Positions 10,201 through 19,442 are shown, numbered from the stretch's first letter. The stretch is 64,000 bases of DNA from an uncultured Candidatus Saccharibacteria bacterium (GCA_964421635.1 CAYQWZ010000003.1:65712-129711); one strand, 5' to 3'. The notes: generated by a model from the sequence alone, not told the origin. Translations and numbers: made by a program.

Positions 10201-10869
10201 AATACAGGTCAAAACATCTTGCGCCTCCGCATCTTCTGGGTGCACATAATGAGAGTCGTTGGTGGCAATTAATCCTAACTTTAATTCTCGCGCCAACTCT
10301 ATTAAAATTTTATTGAGTTTAGCCTGCTCCTCTAAATTAGGATGATGCTGCAATTCCAAAAAGAAATTATCAGGGCCAAAGATATCTACATACTCTAAAA
10401 TTACTTTCCGAGCCTCACTCAAAGAGCGCATAGCGGCTCGGGCAACTTCACCTTGCAAACAGGCTGAAGCAGCAATTAATCCTTTAGAATATTTTTTTAG
10501 AGTTTTTTTGTCGACCCGAGGTTTGTAGTAGTATCCGTCTAAATGAGCAATGGTAACAAGGCATAACAGATTCTGATATCCTTCGTTATTTTCAGCTAGA
10601 AGGATTAAATGATAAGGCTTAGTGTCGACGCGCGGAGTCTTGTCATTCAAAGAGCGGGGAGCGATATAAGTTTCAACTCCCAAGATTGGTTTTATTCCCT
10701 TTTCCTTCGCTTTCTGGTAAAACTCAATAGTACCGTACATTGCTCCATGATCGGTTAGGGCAACAGAGTTCATACCAAGCTCGGCTACTCTATCAAGTAA
10801 AGCGTCAATTTTACTTGCGCCGTCGAGTAGAGAATAATGGGAGTGTACGTGTAAATGAGTAAAACGCAT
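7258..10869 (-). CDS. dnaE: DNA polymerase III alpha subunit
   Basis: PHP domain HLHVHSHYSLLDG; GRGSAAGS; MPDIDND; YGFNRAHAA; C-terminal OB fold. Confidence 0.97.
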   Translation of the reverse strand: MRFTHLHVHSHYSLLDGASKIDALLDRVAELGMNSVALTDHGAMYGTIEFYQKAKEKGIKPILGVETYIAPRSLNDKTPRVDTKPYHLILLAENNEGYQNLLCLVTIAHLDGYYYKPRVDKKTLKKYSKGLIAASACLQGEVARAAMRSLSEARKVILEYVDIFGPDNFFLELQHHPNLEEQAKLNKILIELARELKLGLIATNDSHYVHPEDAEAQDVLTCISSGKKVDEPNRLNFLDTDLSITDPKDMAEWFADAPEALTNTQLIAERCNVEIKFGENILPNYPTPEGISEHDYLRQLCEEGVRERFGFNYKVGDLPTDGILPSPDSNDESIPLEKRVADRVDYELSVVENMGFEGYFLITQDFINWARKQGILIGPGRGSAAGSMVGYVTGITDIDPLVYKLIFERFLNPERFSMPDIDNDIQDSRRDEVIDYVRDRYGSDHVAQIITFGTMQARNAVRDVGRALGLPYQECDYIAKLIPFGDNISEAMEHSEELTNNYNSNSQVKKLLDLAKKVEGSVRHTSIHAAGVVVTPGPLYNYVPLQYAARSDQSITTQYEMHAIEDMGILKIDFLGLSNLNTIDLCLKLLRQHRHVEIDIRTLKTDDKKSYQLLSRAESTGVFQLESAGMKRYLRELKPTEFEDIISMVALYRPGPMEAIPDFIESKHGRKIITYLHPALEPILKDTYGVIVTQDQVLQIARDFAGFTYGEADILRKAVGKKIKSLLDEQREKFINGSIKTQNISQALAEKIWNFIEPFARYGFNRAHAACYAMIAYQTAYLKANYPAEFMAALMTSDLHNLDRLAIELAEADQMGLKVLAPDVNESFVDFAVVYDTPEPSPKRTGNVIRFGLGAIKNVGVDVSAEIVKEREKNGKYKSLTDFLIRLGSQKVNKKVVENLAKAGALDSLEDRNRVLEGMPAILDFISAVHKNSSVGQEGLFGDEEEGAQFKLDLPDVPAIDNRTKLDWERELLGIYLSDHPIKEVAKKLGAEVQPLSEINAKLHNQKVRVVGLISDIRTIMTKNDDPMSFIKFEDAATSLELIAFPKVHAEHKNKLEVGKILVVDGFVNAKDSRTQVQTKEMKILVEQIYEVEGNELPNLPKFRPQKRRERPKNGWNSNGSGDNNNGNFGQANRFIIEVPNSANKDTLMQLKQILALYPGDKPVALRLPHNGGIKEIATKSTVEINEKLKNQVAEIVGIENVY

Positions 10870-10873
10870 TCAA

Positions 10874-12151
10874 ATGATAATTGGTTACCAACTTGGCCGA
10901 ATAAAAGAACTTTCGGAGCTAGAAATAAAGAGCGTTGTCGCTCGCGATGTAGCTCCCTCCTTGGCACTTTCTATAGTAACGCAGGCGCCATTAACTTTCC
11001 ATACTGATAAATGGTCTACAAGCTGGGGACAACTACCCTCCGAGCGCATAGCTAGCACATGCTCTGAGGCTTTGTCAAATCAAATTCTTACTCTGGGAGG
11101 GACTATCAGAATTTACGAATTGCTAGCTAATGGCCGAGAAATTGAAAAGTTTTTAATTGAATCAAATACGCTAAAAAATATTGCTAAAAAAATATATTCC
11201 AAGTTAGCTCGCACGCCTAATAAAATGAATATCGGATTATCTGTTTTGAATGGAAATATTAAATTTGCCCAGCTGCGCACAATTATGCAGACCATAAAAA
11301 AGGAAGCAAAAAGTGAAGGGCAATCAATTCGTATCGTCATGCCCAAAGATCGACACTGTGAGTTGAATGCAGCCTCAGTGGTTAGCAATAAGCTGCTCAC
11401 TAAGGGTTATGAAATTGTTTTTATACCGACTGGAAAAAATAATTATTACTATATAGGATTAACCATAGCCATTCATAATCCTGATAGAGATGCGTGGTTG
11501 GATTTTGAAATTCCTCGGCCCGATGCTAGAAGCGGAATGTTACCGCCCAAGCTAGCGCGTATGATGGTTAATATCGCCGTTGATGGAGAAAAAGATGTAA
11601 CAGTTTTTGATCCTTTTTGTGGCAATGGCCGAGTGTTGCTCGAAGCGCTGCTTTTGAGATATCAGACATTTGGTCGTGATATAGATAGAGAAAAAGTTGA
11701 TTCTACCAAACAAAATATAGGTTGGCTAAGAGACAATGTGTCTACTAAGTCTTGGTTTTTGGGCGGGCCCCTACCAGACGCGCAGGTTTTTCAAGGGGAT
11801 GCTCGCGAGCGAGCTAAAATTAATGTGCCAAAACCCAATGTAATGGTGACAGAACCATGGCTGGGCCCGCCCCTTAGAGATTATCCTGAGCCAAATGTTG
11901 GGCGAAAAATTGCCTCCCAAGTTGAAGATCTGCTAATAGCCTCTATTCCTAATTTAGTAGCGGTGCAATCGAAAAGAATTGTGATGATTGTTCCGAGGTG
12001 GAAGCTAGCTGGCAAAGAAGAGCTATCAATAGCTCAAATTATACTTGACGAATTTATTAAAACGGGTTACGATGGCTCTTGTATTGCGAATGTAGGTCGC
12101 GATGATTCTTTTTTGACTCGAGAAATCCTACTCATGAATAGAAACAATTAA
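10874..12151 (+). CDS. SAM-dependent RNA methyltransferase (Trm11/UPF0020-like)
   Basis: GMLPPKLARMMVN, VFDPFCGNG (motif I), VTEPWLG (motif IV). Confidence 0.8.
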   Translation: MIIGYQLGRIKELSELEIKSVVARDVAPSLALSIVTQAPLTFHTDKWSTSWGQLPSERIASTCSEALSNQILTLGGTIRIYELLANGREIEKFLIESNTLKNIAKKIYSKLARTPNKMNIGLSVLNGNIKFAQLRTIMQTIKKEAKSEGQSIRIVMPKDRHCELNAASVVSNKLLTKGYEIVFIPTGKNNYYYIGLTIAIHNPDRDAWLDFEIPRPDARSGMLPPKLARMMVNIAVDGEKDVTVFDPFCGNGRVLLEALLLRYQTFGRDIDREKVDSTKQNIGWLRDNVSTKSWFLGGPLPDAQVFQGDARERAKINVPKPNVMVTEPWLGPPLRDYPEPNVGRKIASQVEDLLIASIPNLVAVQSKRIVMIVPRWKLAGKEELSIAQIILDEFIKTGYDGSCIANVGRDDSFLTREILLMNRNN

Positions 12152-12157
12152 GTAGTT

Positions 12158-12472
12158 ATGGCTCATAAAAAAGCGGGTGGTTCAACTACCTTAGGAAGAG
12201 ACTCACAATCAAAACGCTTAGGCGTTAAAATTTTTGGTGGAGCCAAAGCCAGAGCCGGGTCAATTTTGGTTCGTCAAAGAGGAACAAAGTGGCACGCTGG
12301 TAAGAATGTGCAGAAAGGCTCAGACGACACTTTATTCTCTACAATTGCTGGCATGGTTCGTTTTCAGAAGAAAGCGGTTAATCATTTCACAGGCAAGAAG
12401 AAGTTAGTAACAATTGTGCATGTAGAAAATCTTGTTGCTAAACCAAAAACAAAAGCAAAAGAAACAAAATAA
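12158..12472 (+). CDS. rpmA: 50S ribosomal protein L27
   Basis: MAHKKAGGS...[12 protein letters not shown]. Confidence 0.98.
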   Translation: MAHKKAGGSTTLGRDSQSKRLGVKIFGGAKARAGSILVRQRGTKWHAGKNVQKGSDDTLFSTIAGMVRFQKKAVNHFTGKKKLVTIVHVENLVAKPKTKAKETK

Positions 12473-13017
12473 TGTCTTTACCAACCCATATTTATCAAGA
12501 GATAACAGCCAAGTTTGGTCGCCAGAAGGTGGCCGATTTGAAAGTGGGCAACACAATTCGAATTCACCAAAGAGTTAAAGAGGGTGAAAAAACTAGAGTT
12601 CAGGTTTTTGAAGGCATCGTTATTGCCATTAAACACGGACACGGTTTAGACGGTACTTTTAAGGTTCGACGCATCGCCGCCGGTGGAGTGGGAGTAGAGA
12701 AGACCTTTCCTTTTCACTTGCCATCTATTGAAAAAATTCAGGTTATTAAGCAAGCAAAAGTTCGTAGTTCAAAGTTATATTATTTACGAGAAAGATTTGG
12801 TAAAAGTGCCCGATTCAGTAATGAAAAAATTACCAATACTACTTGGGAAGAAGAGCTAGATGAAGAGGTCGGAGAAGCCTCTGACGAAAATACAGAGAAA
12901 GAAGAGAAAGCCGAAGAGAAGGAAGAGAAGCCAGCTGATGAAAAGAAGGATCAAGATAAAAAAGAAGCAAAGAAGGATGCTGATGACAAACCAAAAAAAG
13001 AAGAAAAATCTAAATAG
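12472..13017 (+). CDS. rplS: 50S ribosomal protein L19 with long charged C-terminal tail
   Basis: RVQVFEGIVI, GVEKTFP, KVRSSKLYYLR. Confidence 0.97.
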   Translation: MSLPTHIYQEITAKFGRQKVADLKVGNTIRIHQRVKEGEKTRVQVFEGIVIAIKHGHGLDGTFKVRRIAAGGVGVEKTFPFHLPSIEKIQVIKQAKVRSSKLYYLRERFGKSARFSNEKITNTTWEEELDEEVGEASDENTEKEEKAEEKEEKPADEKKDQDKKEAKKDADDKPKKEEKSK

Positions 13018-13351
13018 CAGACAAATTTTAGGGCGAGAAGGAGAGCGGCGGGCAGCCGCTTTTTTGCTAGCCCGCCGCTACAAAATTTTACGACAAAATT
13101 GGCGAATTGCCGGTGGAGAAATAGACATCCTAGCGCAAGACCAAGATGGTACACTAATAGTGGTGGAAGTTAAGACCCGAACCGAGTCTGGTTTCGCTAA
13201 TCCTCAAGATAATGTCGATTTCAAAAAAGTGCAAACACTCACTCGCTTAGCGCGAGCGGTCAGCACTAAAAATCCTGAACGAAATGTACAAATTGATGTT
13301 ATTGAGGTTACTGGAGACAAAATTAATCATATTCAAAATATAACCGTATGA
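12983..13351 (+). CDS. yraN: YraN/UPF0102 family PD-(D/E)xK endonuclease
   Basis: GREGE, GEIDILA, VEVKTR; start uncertain (12977 or 12983). Confidence 0.85.
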   Translation: MTNQKKKKNLNSRQILGREGERRAAAFLLARRYKILRQNWRIAGGEIDILAQDQDGTLIVVEVKTRTESGFANPQDNVDFKKVQTLTRLARAVSTKNPERNVQIDVIEVTGDKINHIQNITV

Positions 13352-14823
13352 GCAAAAAAGTGAGAGTTCGTTTTGCGCCGAGCCCTACGGGCGAGATGCA
13401 TCTGGGAAATGTACGCACCATGCTATTTGAAGCGCTTTACGCTAAAAATCAGGGAGGAGATTTCATTTTACGAGTCGAAGACACCGACACTGAGCGCGAA
13501 GTCAAAGGAGCCACTAAAAAAATTTTACAATCAATGCAGTGGTTAGGAGTAGAGCCTGACGAAGGAGTAATTTTAGAGGATAACAAGATTTTGCAAAAAG
13601 GAGATTTGGGGCCTTATATTCAGTCAGAGCGCAAAAATATTTACCAGAAATTTGCTGAGCAGCTTATTGGTGAAGACAAAGCTTATTACTGTTTCGCTAC
13701 CCGCGACGAGCTTGAAGAGATGCGGCGCGAACAACAGGCTAAAAAAGAGGCGCCGCATTATGATGGCCGTTTCCGCGAGCTAGACAAAGTCGAAGCAGCC
13801 AAAAAAGCGTCTGACGGGGAGGAGCATGTAATCCGTCTGAAAATGCCTGAGAAAGGCGAGTTAAAGGTGAAAGATCTAGTATACGGCGAAATAAAATTTG
13901 ATTACAAAGATTTTGACGATCATATTATTATAAAATCTGACGGCTTGCCGACTTATCATTTTGCCAATGTAGTAGACGATCACGAAATGAAAATCACGCA
14001 TGTTTTTCGCGGCGAAGAATGGATTTCTAGCTGGCCGCGCCATGTCGCCGGTTATGAAGCTTTCGGTTGGAATCCTCCAACTTATGCGCATCTGCCTCTA
14101 ATTTTTGGATCCGACAAAGCTAAGCTCTCCAAACGCCACGGTGCCAAAACGGTTATGCAGTACAAGCAAGAAGGATATCTCCCAGAAGCGGTGGTCAATT
14201 ATTTAGTCTTTTTAGGCTGGAGCCCCAAAACGGAGCAAGAAATTTTCAGCTGGGAAGAGCTTGGCAAAGTTTTTGACTCAAAGGGAATAAACAAGGCTAA
14301 TCCTATATTCGATGAAGTCAAATTAGATCACACCAACGGATTATACATTCGTATTTTGGAAGTGAAAGATTTAGTTAGTCGAGCAGCTGACTGGTTGAAT
14401 GAAGCGGGCATTCCAAGCGGTGATGCAGATTTATTACAAAAAGCAGTGGCTACCGTGCAGGAGCGTGCCAAAACTTTGGCCGAAATTCCCAATTTAATTC
14501 GATATTATTTTGTGGAGCCAGAATACAACGCCAACTTGATTCGCTTTAAAAAACAGACAAACGAAGATTGCGCTCGGTTGTTAGACTTGGCTTCTGAAGC
14601 GCTATCTGACATAAAAGAGAAAGATTGGAACCTAGATAATATTGAAATAGCCTTGCGAGCGAGAATTGAACAGGCCTCTGTCAAAGTGGGGGAGATGCTG
14701 TGGCCCGTTAGAGCGGCGCTAACTGGTGAGCAAGCCAGTCCCGGTGCTTTCGAAGTAGCTGAAGTTTTGGGTAAAGTGGAAACAGAAAAAAGATTAAGAC
14801 AAGCTATTCAAGCTTTGAAATAG
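13348..14823 (+). CDS. gltX: Glutamate--tRNA ligase
   Basis: RFAPSPTG, HLGN (HIGH), LRVEDTD, KLSKR (KMSKS). Confidence 0.97.
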   Translation: MSKKVRVRFAPSPTGEMHLGNVRTMLFEALYAKNQGGDFILRVEDTDTEREVKGATKKILQSMQWLGVEPDEGVILEDNKILQKGDLGPYIQSERKNIYQKFAEQLIGEDKAYYCFATRDELEEMRREQQAKKEAPHYDGRFRELDKVEAAKKASDGEEHVIRLKMPEKGELKVKDLVYGEIKFDYKDFDDHIIIKSDGLPTYHFANVVDDHEMKITHVFRGEEWISSWPRHVAGYEAFGWNPPTYAHLPLIFGSDKAKLSKRHGAKTVMQYKQEGYLPEAVVNYLVFLGWSPKTEQEIFSWEELGKVFDSKGINKANPIFDEVKLDHTNGLYIRILEVKDLVSRAADWLNEAGIPSGDADLLQKAVATVQERAKTLAEIPNLIRYYFVEPEYNANLIRFKKQTNEDCARLLDLASEALSDIKEKDWNLDNIEIALRARIEQASVKVGEMLWPVRAALTGEQASPGAFEVAEVLGKVETEKRLRQAIQALK

Positions 14824-14871
14824 GTAAGAAATATTTAGAAAATATTTCAATTTAACCTGATATTTTAGGAC

Positions 14872-14896
14872 AAAATTGCCGATAGGCAGTTTTTTT
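14872..14896 (+). terminator. Intrinsic terminator after gltX
   Basis: AATTGCC-gata-GGCAGTT followed by a T run. Confidence 0.65.
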
Positions 14897-14897
14897 G

Positions 14898-14959
14898 TTG
14901 ACAAATAAAAACAGTAAGTGTAACTTATACACATAAGACATAGTGTAGCAACTACACTA
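14898..14959 (+). promoter_or_regulatory. pnuC promoter with two NrtR-type operators
   Basis: TTGACA(14898)-N17-TAACTT(14921); AAGTGT-N7-ACACAT (14916-14934) and TAGTGT-N7-ACACTA (14941-14959). Confidence 0.8.
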
Positions 14960-14988
14960 ACAACAAAAAAATAAGTAACAAAAAAACT

Positions 14989-15684
14989 ATGGATGCAATA
15001 TTGAGCTTGTTAGATGTAAACCAAACGCTATTTACCGTCTTCGATTACCCTATGAGCTATATTGAGTTCTTCGGTACTATGTTGAATCTAATAGCAGTTT
15101 GGCTAGTAGCAAAAAATAATATTTGGACCTGGCCAATAGGTAACATTGCGGTTGTGCTGTTCGGAATTTTATTCTTCCAAATTCAGCTATATTCAGACTT
15201 CTTCGAACAAATTTATTACCTAATTACCGGTTTTTACGGGTGGGCAGTATGGCTAGCTTTGAGAAGAAACAAGAAAGATAAAACGAAAAATGACGAAGAC
15301 GATGTCATTACCTACAACACGCAAACGAATAATATGCGCTACTTAGGAGTAATTGCCATTGGCACACTAGTAATGGGTTACCTAATTAGCAATATCCACA
15401 TATATTTGCCTCAGTATTTCGTTGAACCGGCAAGCTATGCTTACTTAGATGCCTTCACTACCGTTATGAGTTTCGTGGCTAATATATTGCTAGTACATAA
15501 GAAAATTAACGCTTGGTATCTCTGGATTTTTGTTGATATCATCGGCATCTGGCTGTACTTCGTCAAAGGTGTGGTCTTCGTATCCTTGCTATATCTTGTC
15601 TTCTTATTCATGGCTACCAAAGGATTGCTCAACTGGAGAAAGATTTATCTTAAAAACAAGGCTGCTAAATTACAAACATCATGA
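14989..15684 (+). CDS. pnuC: Nicotinamide riboside transporter PnuC
   Basis: NIWTWPIG, GFYGWAVW, DAFTTVMS, WYLWIFVD; next to nadR/nrtR. Confidence 0.92.
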   Translation: MDAILSLLDVNQTLFTVFDYPMSYIEFFGTMLNLIAVWLVAKNNIWTWPIGNIAVVLFGILFFQIQLYSDFFEQIYYLITGFYGWAVWLALRRNKKDKTKNDEDDVITYNTQTNNMRYLGVIAIGTLVMGYLISNIHIYLPQYFVEPASYAYLDAFTTVMSFVANILLVHKKINAWYLWIFVDIIGIWLYFVKGVVFVSLLYLVFLFMATKGLLNWRKIYLKNKAAKLQTS

Positions 15685-16652
15685 CAACAGGATTAGTAGT
15701 GGGAAAATTTTATCCTTTTCATAAGGGACACAAATATCTTATCGAAACTGCCAAGAGTCAGGTTGATAAAGTAACGGTATTGGTTTGCCATAAGGAGGGG
15801 CAGGTTATTCCGGGAGCTGAGCGAGCTAGATGGATTAGAAGAGATGTTGGTGGGGTTAAGGTAATGGTGATTCCTGATGTATTGCCAGACGAGCCATTAC
15901 CTTGGGCTAAATATACGCTAAAAGTTTTGGGCTTCATTCCTGACTTTGTATTTACCTCGGAGGATTACGGAGAGGAATATGCCAGATTGATGGGCAGTCA
16001 GCATATCTTAGTAGATAAAAAGCGTGCTAAAATTCCGGTGTCGGGAACGAAGGTTAGAAAAGATCCTTATGCAAACTGGCAGTATTTAACGCCGTCTGCT
16101 CGGGCTTACTTTGCCAAAAAGATATGCGTCGTAGGGGCTGAATCAACTGGTACGACTACCATGGCACAAGCTCTAGCAAAATATTACAAGACAGTTTGGG
16201 TGCCCGAATACGGTCGGTTTTATTATGAAGGTAGAATGCATCTGGCTAACTCAAAGTGGAAGACTGATGATTTTGAACACATAGCCAAACAGCAGAATCA
16301 ATTCGAAGATAAACTGGCTTCTATTAGCAACAAGATAGTTGTCTGTGATACCGACTCATTTGCCACCAATTTATGGCATGAACGATATATAGGGAAGGTG
16401 TCAAAAAGAGTAGCCAGATTTAGCAAAAACAGACACTACGACTTATATTTAGTCACTGACGACTCTATTCCCTTTGTGCAAGACGGGACGCGTGACGGAG
16501 AAAAGATTAGGCATCAAATGCACGAGCGTTTTATTGAGGAGTTAAAAAAAGCCGGTAAGGATTATATTATTCTAAAAGGCAACCATAAAGAGAGACTAAA
16601 TAAAGCTATCAGTGCATGCAATGAAAAGATGTTAGAGTCCGTTTTTGCTTAA
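15681..16652 (+). CDS. nadR: NadR-like NMN adenylyltransferase / ribosylnicotinamide kinase (no HTH)
   Basis: GKFYPFHKGH (HxGH), VSGTKVR, GAESTGTTT P-loop, VPEYGR, CDTD, PFVQDGTR. Confidence 0.85.
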   Translation: MTTGLVVGKFYPFHKGHKYLIETAKSQVDKVTVLVCHKEGQVIPGAERARWIRRDVGGVKVMVIPDVLPDEPLPWAKYTLKVLGFIPDFVFTSEDYGEEYARLMGSQHILVDKKRAKIPVSGTKVRKDPYANWQYLTPSARAYFAKKICVVGAESTGTTTMAQALAKYYKTVWVPEYGRFYYEGRMHLANSKWKTDDFEHIAKQQNQFEDKLASISNKIVVCDTDSFATNLWHERYIGKVSKRVARFSKNRHYDLYLVTDDSIPFVQDGTRDGEKIRHQMHERFIEELKKAGKDYIILKGNHKERLNKAISACNEKMLESVFA

Positions 16653-17341
16653 GCGAAATATACGAGTTTGCGGTTTTTAAAATGGTATAGTTCGGCGGGT
16701 CTGTGAGATCCGTCGAGCTGTTTTTTGCCTGTTTTAACAAATAAATTTAGAGAATGCATTTTCTTTCTAAAATTTCGTTTGTCTAATTTTTTGCCCAAAA
16801 CTATCTCATAAGTGGCTTGCAGCTGGCTCATAGTGAAATCTTTCGCTAGTAATCCTTTTACAATATTACTGTAATAGAGCTTGCTTCTTAGTCTTTGAAG
16901 TGCATACTGAATAATTTCTTGATGATCGAATGCTAGGTCGGGTAATTTTTTAATACTGTGCCAAGCGGCGGCTGAAGCGTCTGTAGTAGGATTTAATTTG
17001 CTATTGGTGTTAGGCATCAAAGCAAAGTAGGCGACTGTGATGACTCTAGTTCGTGGGTCTCTATCTATTTTGCTAAAGGTGTATAGCTGTTCTGAAAAAG
17101 ATAGGGAAAGGCCAGTTTCTTCTTTTAACTCTCTAGCGGCGGTTTGCTCTAAAGTTTCTTTTGGCTTAACAAATCCTCCTGGCAGAGCCCAATGATTTTT
17201 GTAGGGCCAAATATTTCTTTTAATTAAAAGTGTTTTCAGATCATTATTCTCAATGCTAAACAAGACAATGTCGACTGTTAGTGAAGGGCGGTCGAACACC
17301 GAAGCGTCATAATTATTCTTGTTCAGAGATTGTTTTTTCAT
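16649..17341 (-). CDS. nrtR: NrtR Nudix-family transcriptional regulator
   Basis: WALPGGF, ARELKEETG, RDPRTRVITVAY, LAFDH, wHTH LDKRNFRKK...RPAELY. Confidence 0.92.
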   Translation of the reverse strand: MKKQSLNKNNYDASVFDRPSLTVDIVLFSIENNDLKTLLIKRNIWPYKNHWALPGGFVKPKETLEQTAARELKEETGLSLSFSEQLYTFSKIDRDPRTRVITVAYFALMPNTNSKLNPTTDASAAAWHSIKKLPDLAFDHQEIIQYALQRLRSKLYYSNIVKGLLAKDFTMSQLQATYEIVLGKKLDKRNFRKKMHSLNLFVKTGKKQLDGSHRPAELYHFKNRKLVYFA

Positions 17342-17350
17342 GCTAATTTT

Positions 17351-17389
17351 AGGTTAGCAGATATTTGGGTTAGTGTCAAGTGTACACTT
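17351..17389 (-). promoter_or_regulatory. nrtR promoter with autoregulatory NrtR box
   Basis: Minus-strand TTGACA(17379-17374)-N17-TAACCT(17356-17351); TAGTGT-N7-ACACTT at 17371-17389. Confidence 0.75.
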
Positions 17390-17422
17390 AAGGATTAATC
17401 AAAATAGTGGTAAACTAAGGTA

Positions 17423-17818
17423 ATGAAAAAGCTAATTGAGCAAGCGCAGCAGGCGCAACAAAATTCTTATTCACCTTATTCTAAATATAGGGTGGGGGCG
17501 GCTATCTTAACTGCAAGCGGCAAAATATATAACGGATGCAACGCGGAAGTCGCTTCATTCACAGGCACAGAGCATGCTGAGACGGCGGCCCTAGCTTCTG
17601 CTATAACTGCGGGCGAGGCCAAACAAAATGTAAAATTTATTAAGGTGGTAGCGGTAGTGACGAAAGATGGGGCGCACCCTTGCGGAAGTTGCTTACAAAG
17701 ATTAGCCGAACACGCTGATGATTTTAAAATAATTGTGGCCAATGATAAAGGAGAAATTCTAAACAACACCACGCTCAAAAAAATGCTGCCAATTCAATTT
17801 AAACTCGAAAATGCTTAA
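17423..17818 (+). CDS. cdd: Cytidine deaminase
   Basis: YSPYSKYRVGAA, HAE, PCGSCLQ. Confidence 0.93.
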   Translation: MKKLIEQAQQAQQNSYSPYSKYRVGAAILTASGKIYNGCNAEVASFTGTEHAETAALASAITAGEAKQNVKFIKVVAVVTKDGAHPCGSCLQRLAEHADDFKIIVANDKGEILNNTTLKKMLPIQFKLENA

Positions 17819-18359
17819 ATTAGTGCTTGGTCCTATGAAGAGCGGGAAATCCTTCGCGCTAATTAACAAGTTTGCTCCGCTAGCTTTTTCAGATAAAACT
17901 TTTATGCTGTTTCAGCCCAAAATTAATGTGCGGGAAGATGAGATTAAATCTCGCAACGGGGTCAAGCTGCCAGCCAAAAAGATTGCTAAGATAGCAGATA
18001 TACTGAGTGTCAAACCGGTACCCGAAATCATTGGTATAGATGAAATCCATCTGTTTGATGGCGATGACATCGCGGCGATTGAGCAGCTGCTAAAACAAGG
18101 CCACGAAATTTTTGCTGTCGGATTAAATGTCGATTATCGGGGAAAAATGTTTGATATTGTAAAAAGTTTGCTGGAGCTTGTGCCCGATGAGGTAATTTAT
18201 TTGAAAGCGGTTTGTGAAATTTGTCAAAGTACAGAAGCAATTTACAGTCAAATTTGGTTTAAAAGCAAAGTCGTTACTGAAGGATTACCCTCTGTCGTCC
18301 CCGAAGACGGGACTTATGTTTATAAACCCGTGTGTCGAAAATGTTTTAGGAGCAACTAG
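17811..18359 (+). CDS. tdk: Thymidine kinase
   Basis: GPMKSGKS, IGIDEIH, CEIC...CRKC zinc lasso. Confidence 0.92.
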   Translation: MLKLVLGPMKSGKSFALINKFAPLAFSDKTFMLFQPKINVREDEIKSRNGVKLPAKKIAKIADILSVKPVPEIIGIDEIHLFDGDDIAAIEQLLKQGHEIFAVGLNVDYRGKMFDIVKSLLELVPDEVIYLKAVCEICQSTEAIYSQIWFKSKVVTEGLPSVVPEDGTYVYKPVCRKCFRSN

Positions 18360-18657
18360 CTTTAGAGGTTTGTTCTAGAAATTTTATTCGTCTTCTGTTA
18401 TCCATTACAACGCTATTCAGGGATTGTGAATCTTCTAGCTGGGTTGTTCGGAGTTGCTCTAAGCTCTCTTCAAGATTATCTACTTTTTTATCAACGCTAC
18501 CAAGACGAGATTCAATGCGAGCTCTCTCGGCTTGAGCATCAGTAAAACCGGCTTGCATGTCTTGACGCATAGCTTGCATATCTTGATGCATAGCCTGCAA
18601 ATCTTCATACATGGCTCGAATTAGCTTCATTAAATGTTGGTTAGTAATGCGCTTCAT
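18346..18657 (-). CDS. Small coiled-coil protein with DMQAMxQ heptad repeats
   Basis: DLQAMHQ-DMQAMRQ-DMQAGF; TATAAT 9 nt upstream. Confidence 0.6.
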   Translation of the reverse strand: MKRITNQHLMKLIRAMYEDLQAMHQDMQAMRQDMQAGFTDAQAERARIESRLGSVDKKVDNLEESLEQLRTTQLEDSQSLNSVVMDNRRRIKFLEQTSKASCS

Positions 18658-18705
18658 GGTGTATTAATTATACGCAGAAACAAGATTAAGAAAAGATTAA
18701 CTGAG

Positions 18706-19194
18706 TTACAACTTTTTTACCAAGCGGGTGCTGAGAGGTTGAAACTCGTTTTTTTGATAAAGATTTAGAGCTTCTTCATTGTCGTTATATACGGATACAG
18801 ATAGGTAATCGCGATTTTTTTTGATTGACCAGTCAATAGCAGTGGCAATTAAAGATTTCCCAACACCTTTATTTTGGTGTTCAGGCAGGACATATAAATA
18901 CTCAATATTTGCTTGTTTTGAACCATAATGATCGTCAGCTGCCTGAACATTATCAAATTGAACTTCGGCAAAACCGATGATTTGTTTCTCTACTGTGGCG
19001 ATAAAAATTACAGCTTTGCGATCTTCAAGTAAGCCAATATAATCACTTCGTTTAATAAAAGTTTTTACTAATCGCTCCTTAAAAATGTTCGGTAGTAACT
19101 GGTGATGATACTTTTGCCATGCACAATAAAGCCGATTAACGGCAGGATAATCTTTTTCTCTGGCGGATCGTATTTGGAAATTTAACTTATTCAT
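18706..19194 (-). CDS. GNAT acetyltransferase (copy 1)
   Basis: LYVLPEHQNKGVGKSL acetyl-CoA motif; NEEALNLYQKNEF. Confidence 0.9.
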   Translation of the reverse strand: MNKLNFQIRSAREKDYPAVNRLYCAWQKYHHQLLPNIFKERLVKTFIKRSDYIGLLEDRKAVIFIATVEKQIIGFAEVQFDNVQAADDHYGSKQANIEYLYVLPEHQNKGVGKSLIATAIDWSIKKNRDYLSVSVYNDNEEALNLYQKNEFQPLSTRLVKKL

Positions 19195-19212
19195 ACAAGC
19201 ACTTTATAGTTT

Positions 19213-19239
19213 TGGGTGTCCGGAGTCAACCGGACACCC
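19213..19239 (-). terminator. Hairpin downstream of basic peptide 1
   Basis: GGGTGTCCGG...CCGGACACCC; no clear U tract on the minus strand. Confidence 0.45.
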
Positions 19240-19261
19240 TCAAGCGGAAGGCCGAGTCGAG

Positions 19262-19402
19262 CTATCGCCTGAACTTCGATCTGGTGAAGCTGGGCTTAGT
19301 CGGTCCTGGCTTTTTGCCAGGACCCTTCGGCCTTGATCTCTGATGACGATCGCGATGCGCCTTCTGACTACCAGTTGATTGGCGCCGTGGCTTATGTGAC
19401 AC
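19262..19402 (-). CDS. 46-aa Arg/Lys/Pro-rich peptide (MSHKPRRQSTGSQKAHRDRHQRSRPKGPGKKPGPTKPSFTRSKFRR)
   Basis: GTG start after AAAGGTGG; clear paralog at 20273-20431; not in the ORF track. Confidence 0.75.
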   Translation of the reverse strand: MSHKPRRQSTGSQKAHRDRHQRSRPKGPGKKPGPTKPSFTRSKFRR

Positions 19403-19442
19403 TTGAATCACCACCTTTCGAAGTCAGCATAACATTAGAAAG

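Noticed and set aside
7258-10869. Intein in dnaE (and in dnaB)
   Set aside because: Lengths are normal and no C...HN splice motifs are evident; dnaE has only short low-complexity insertions
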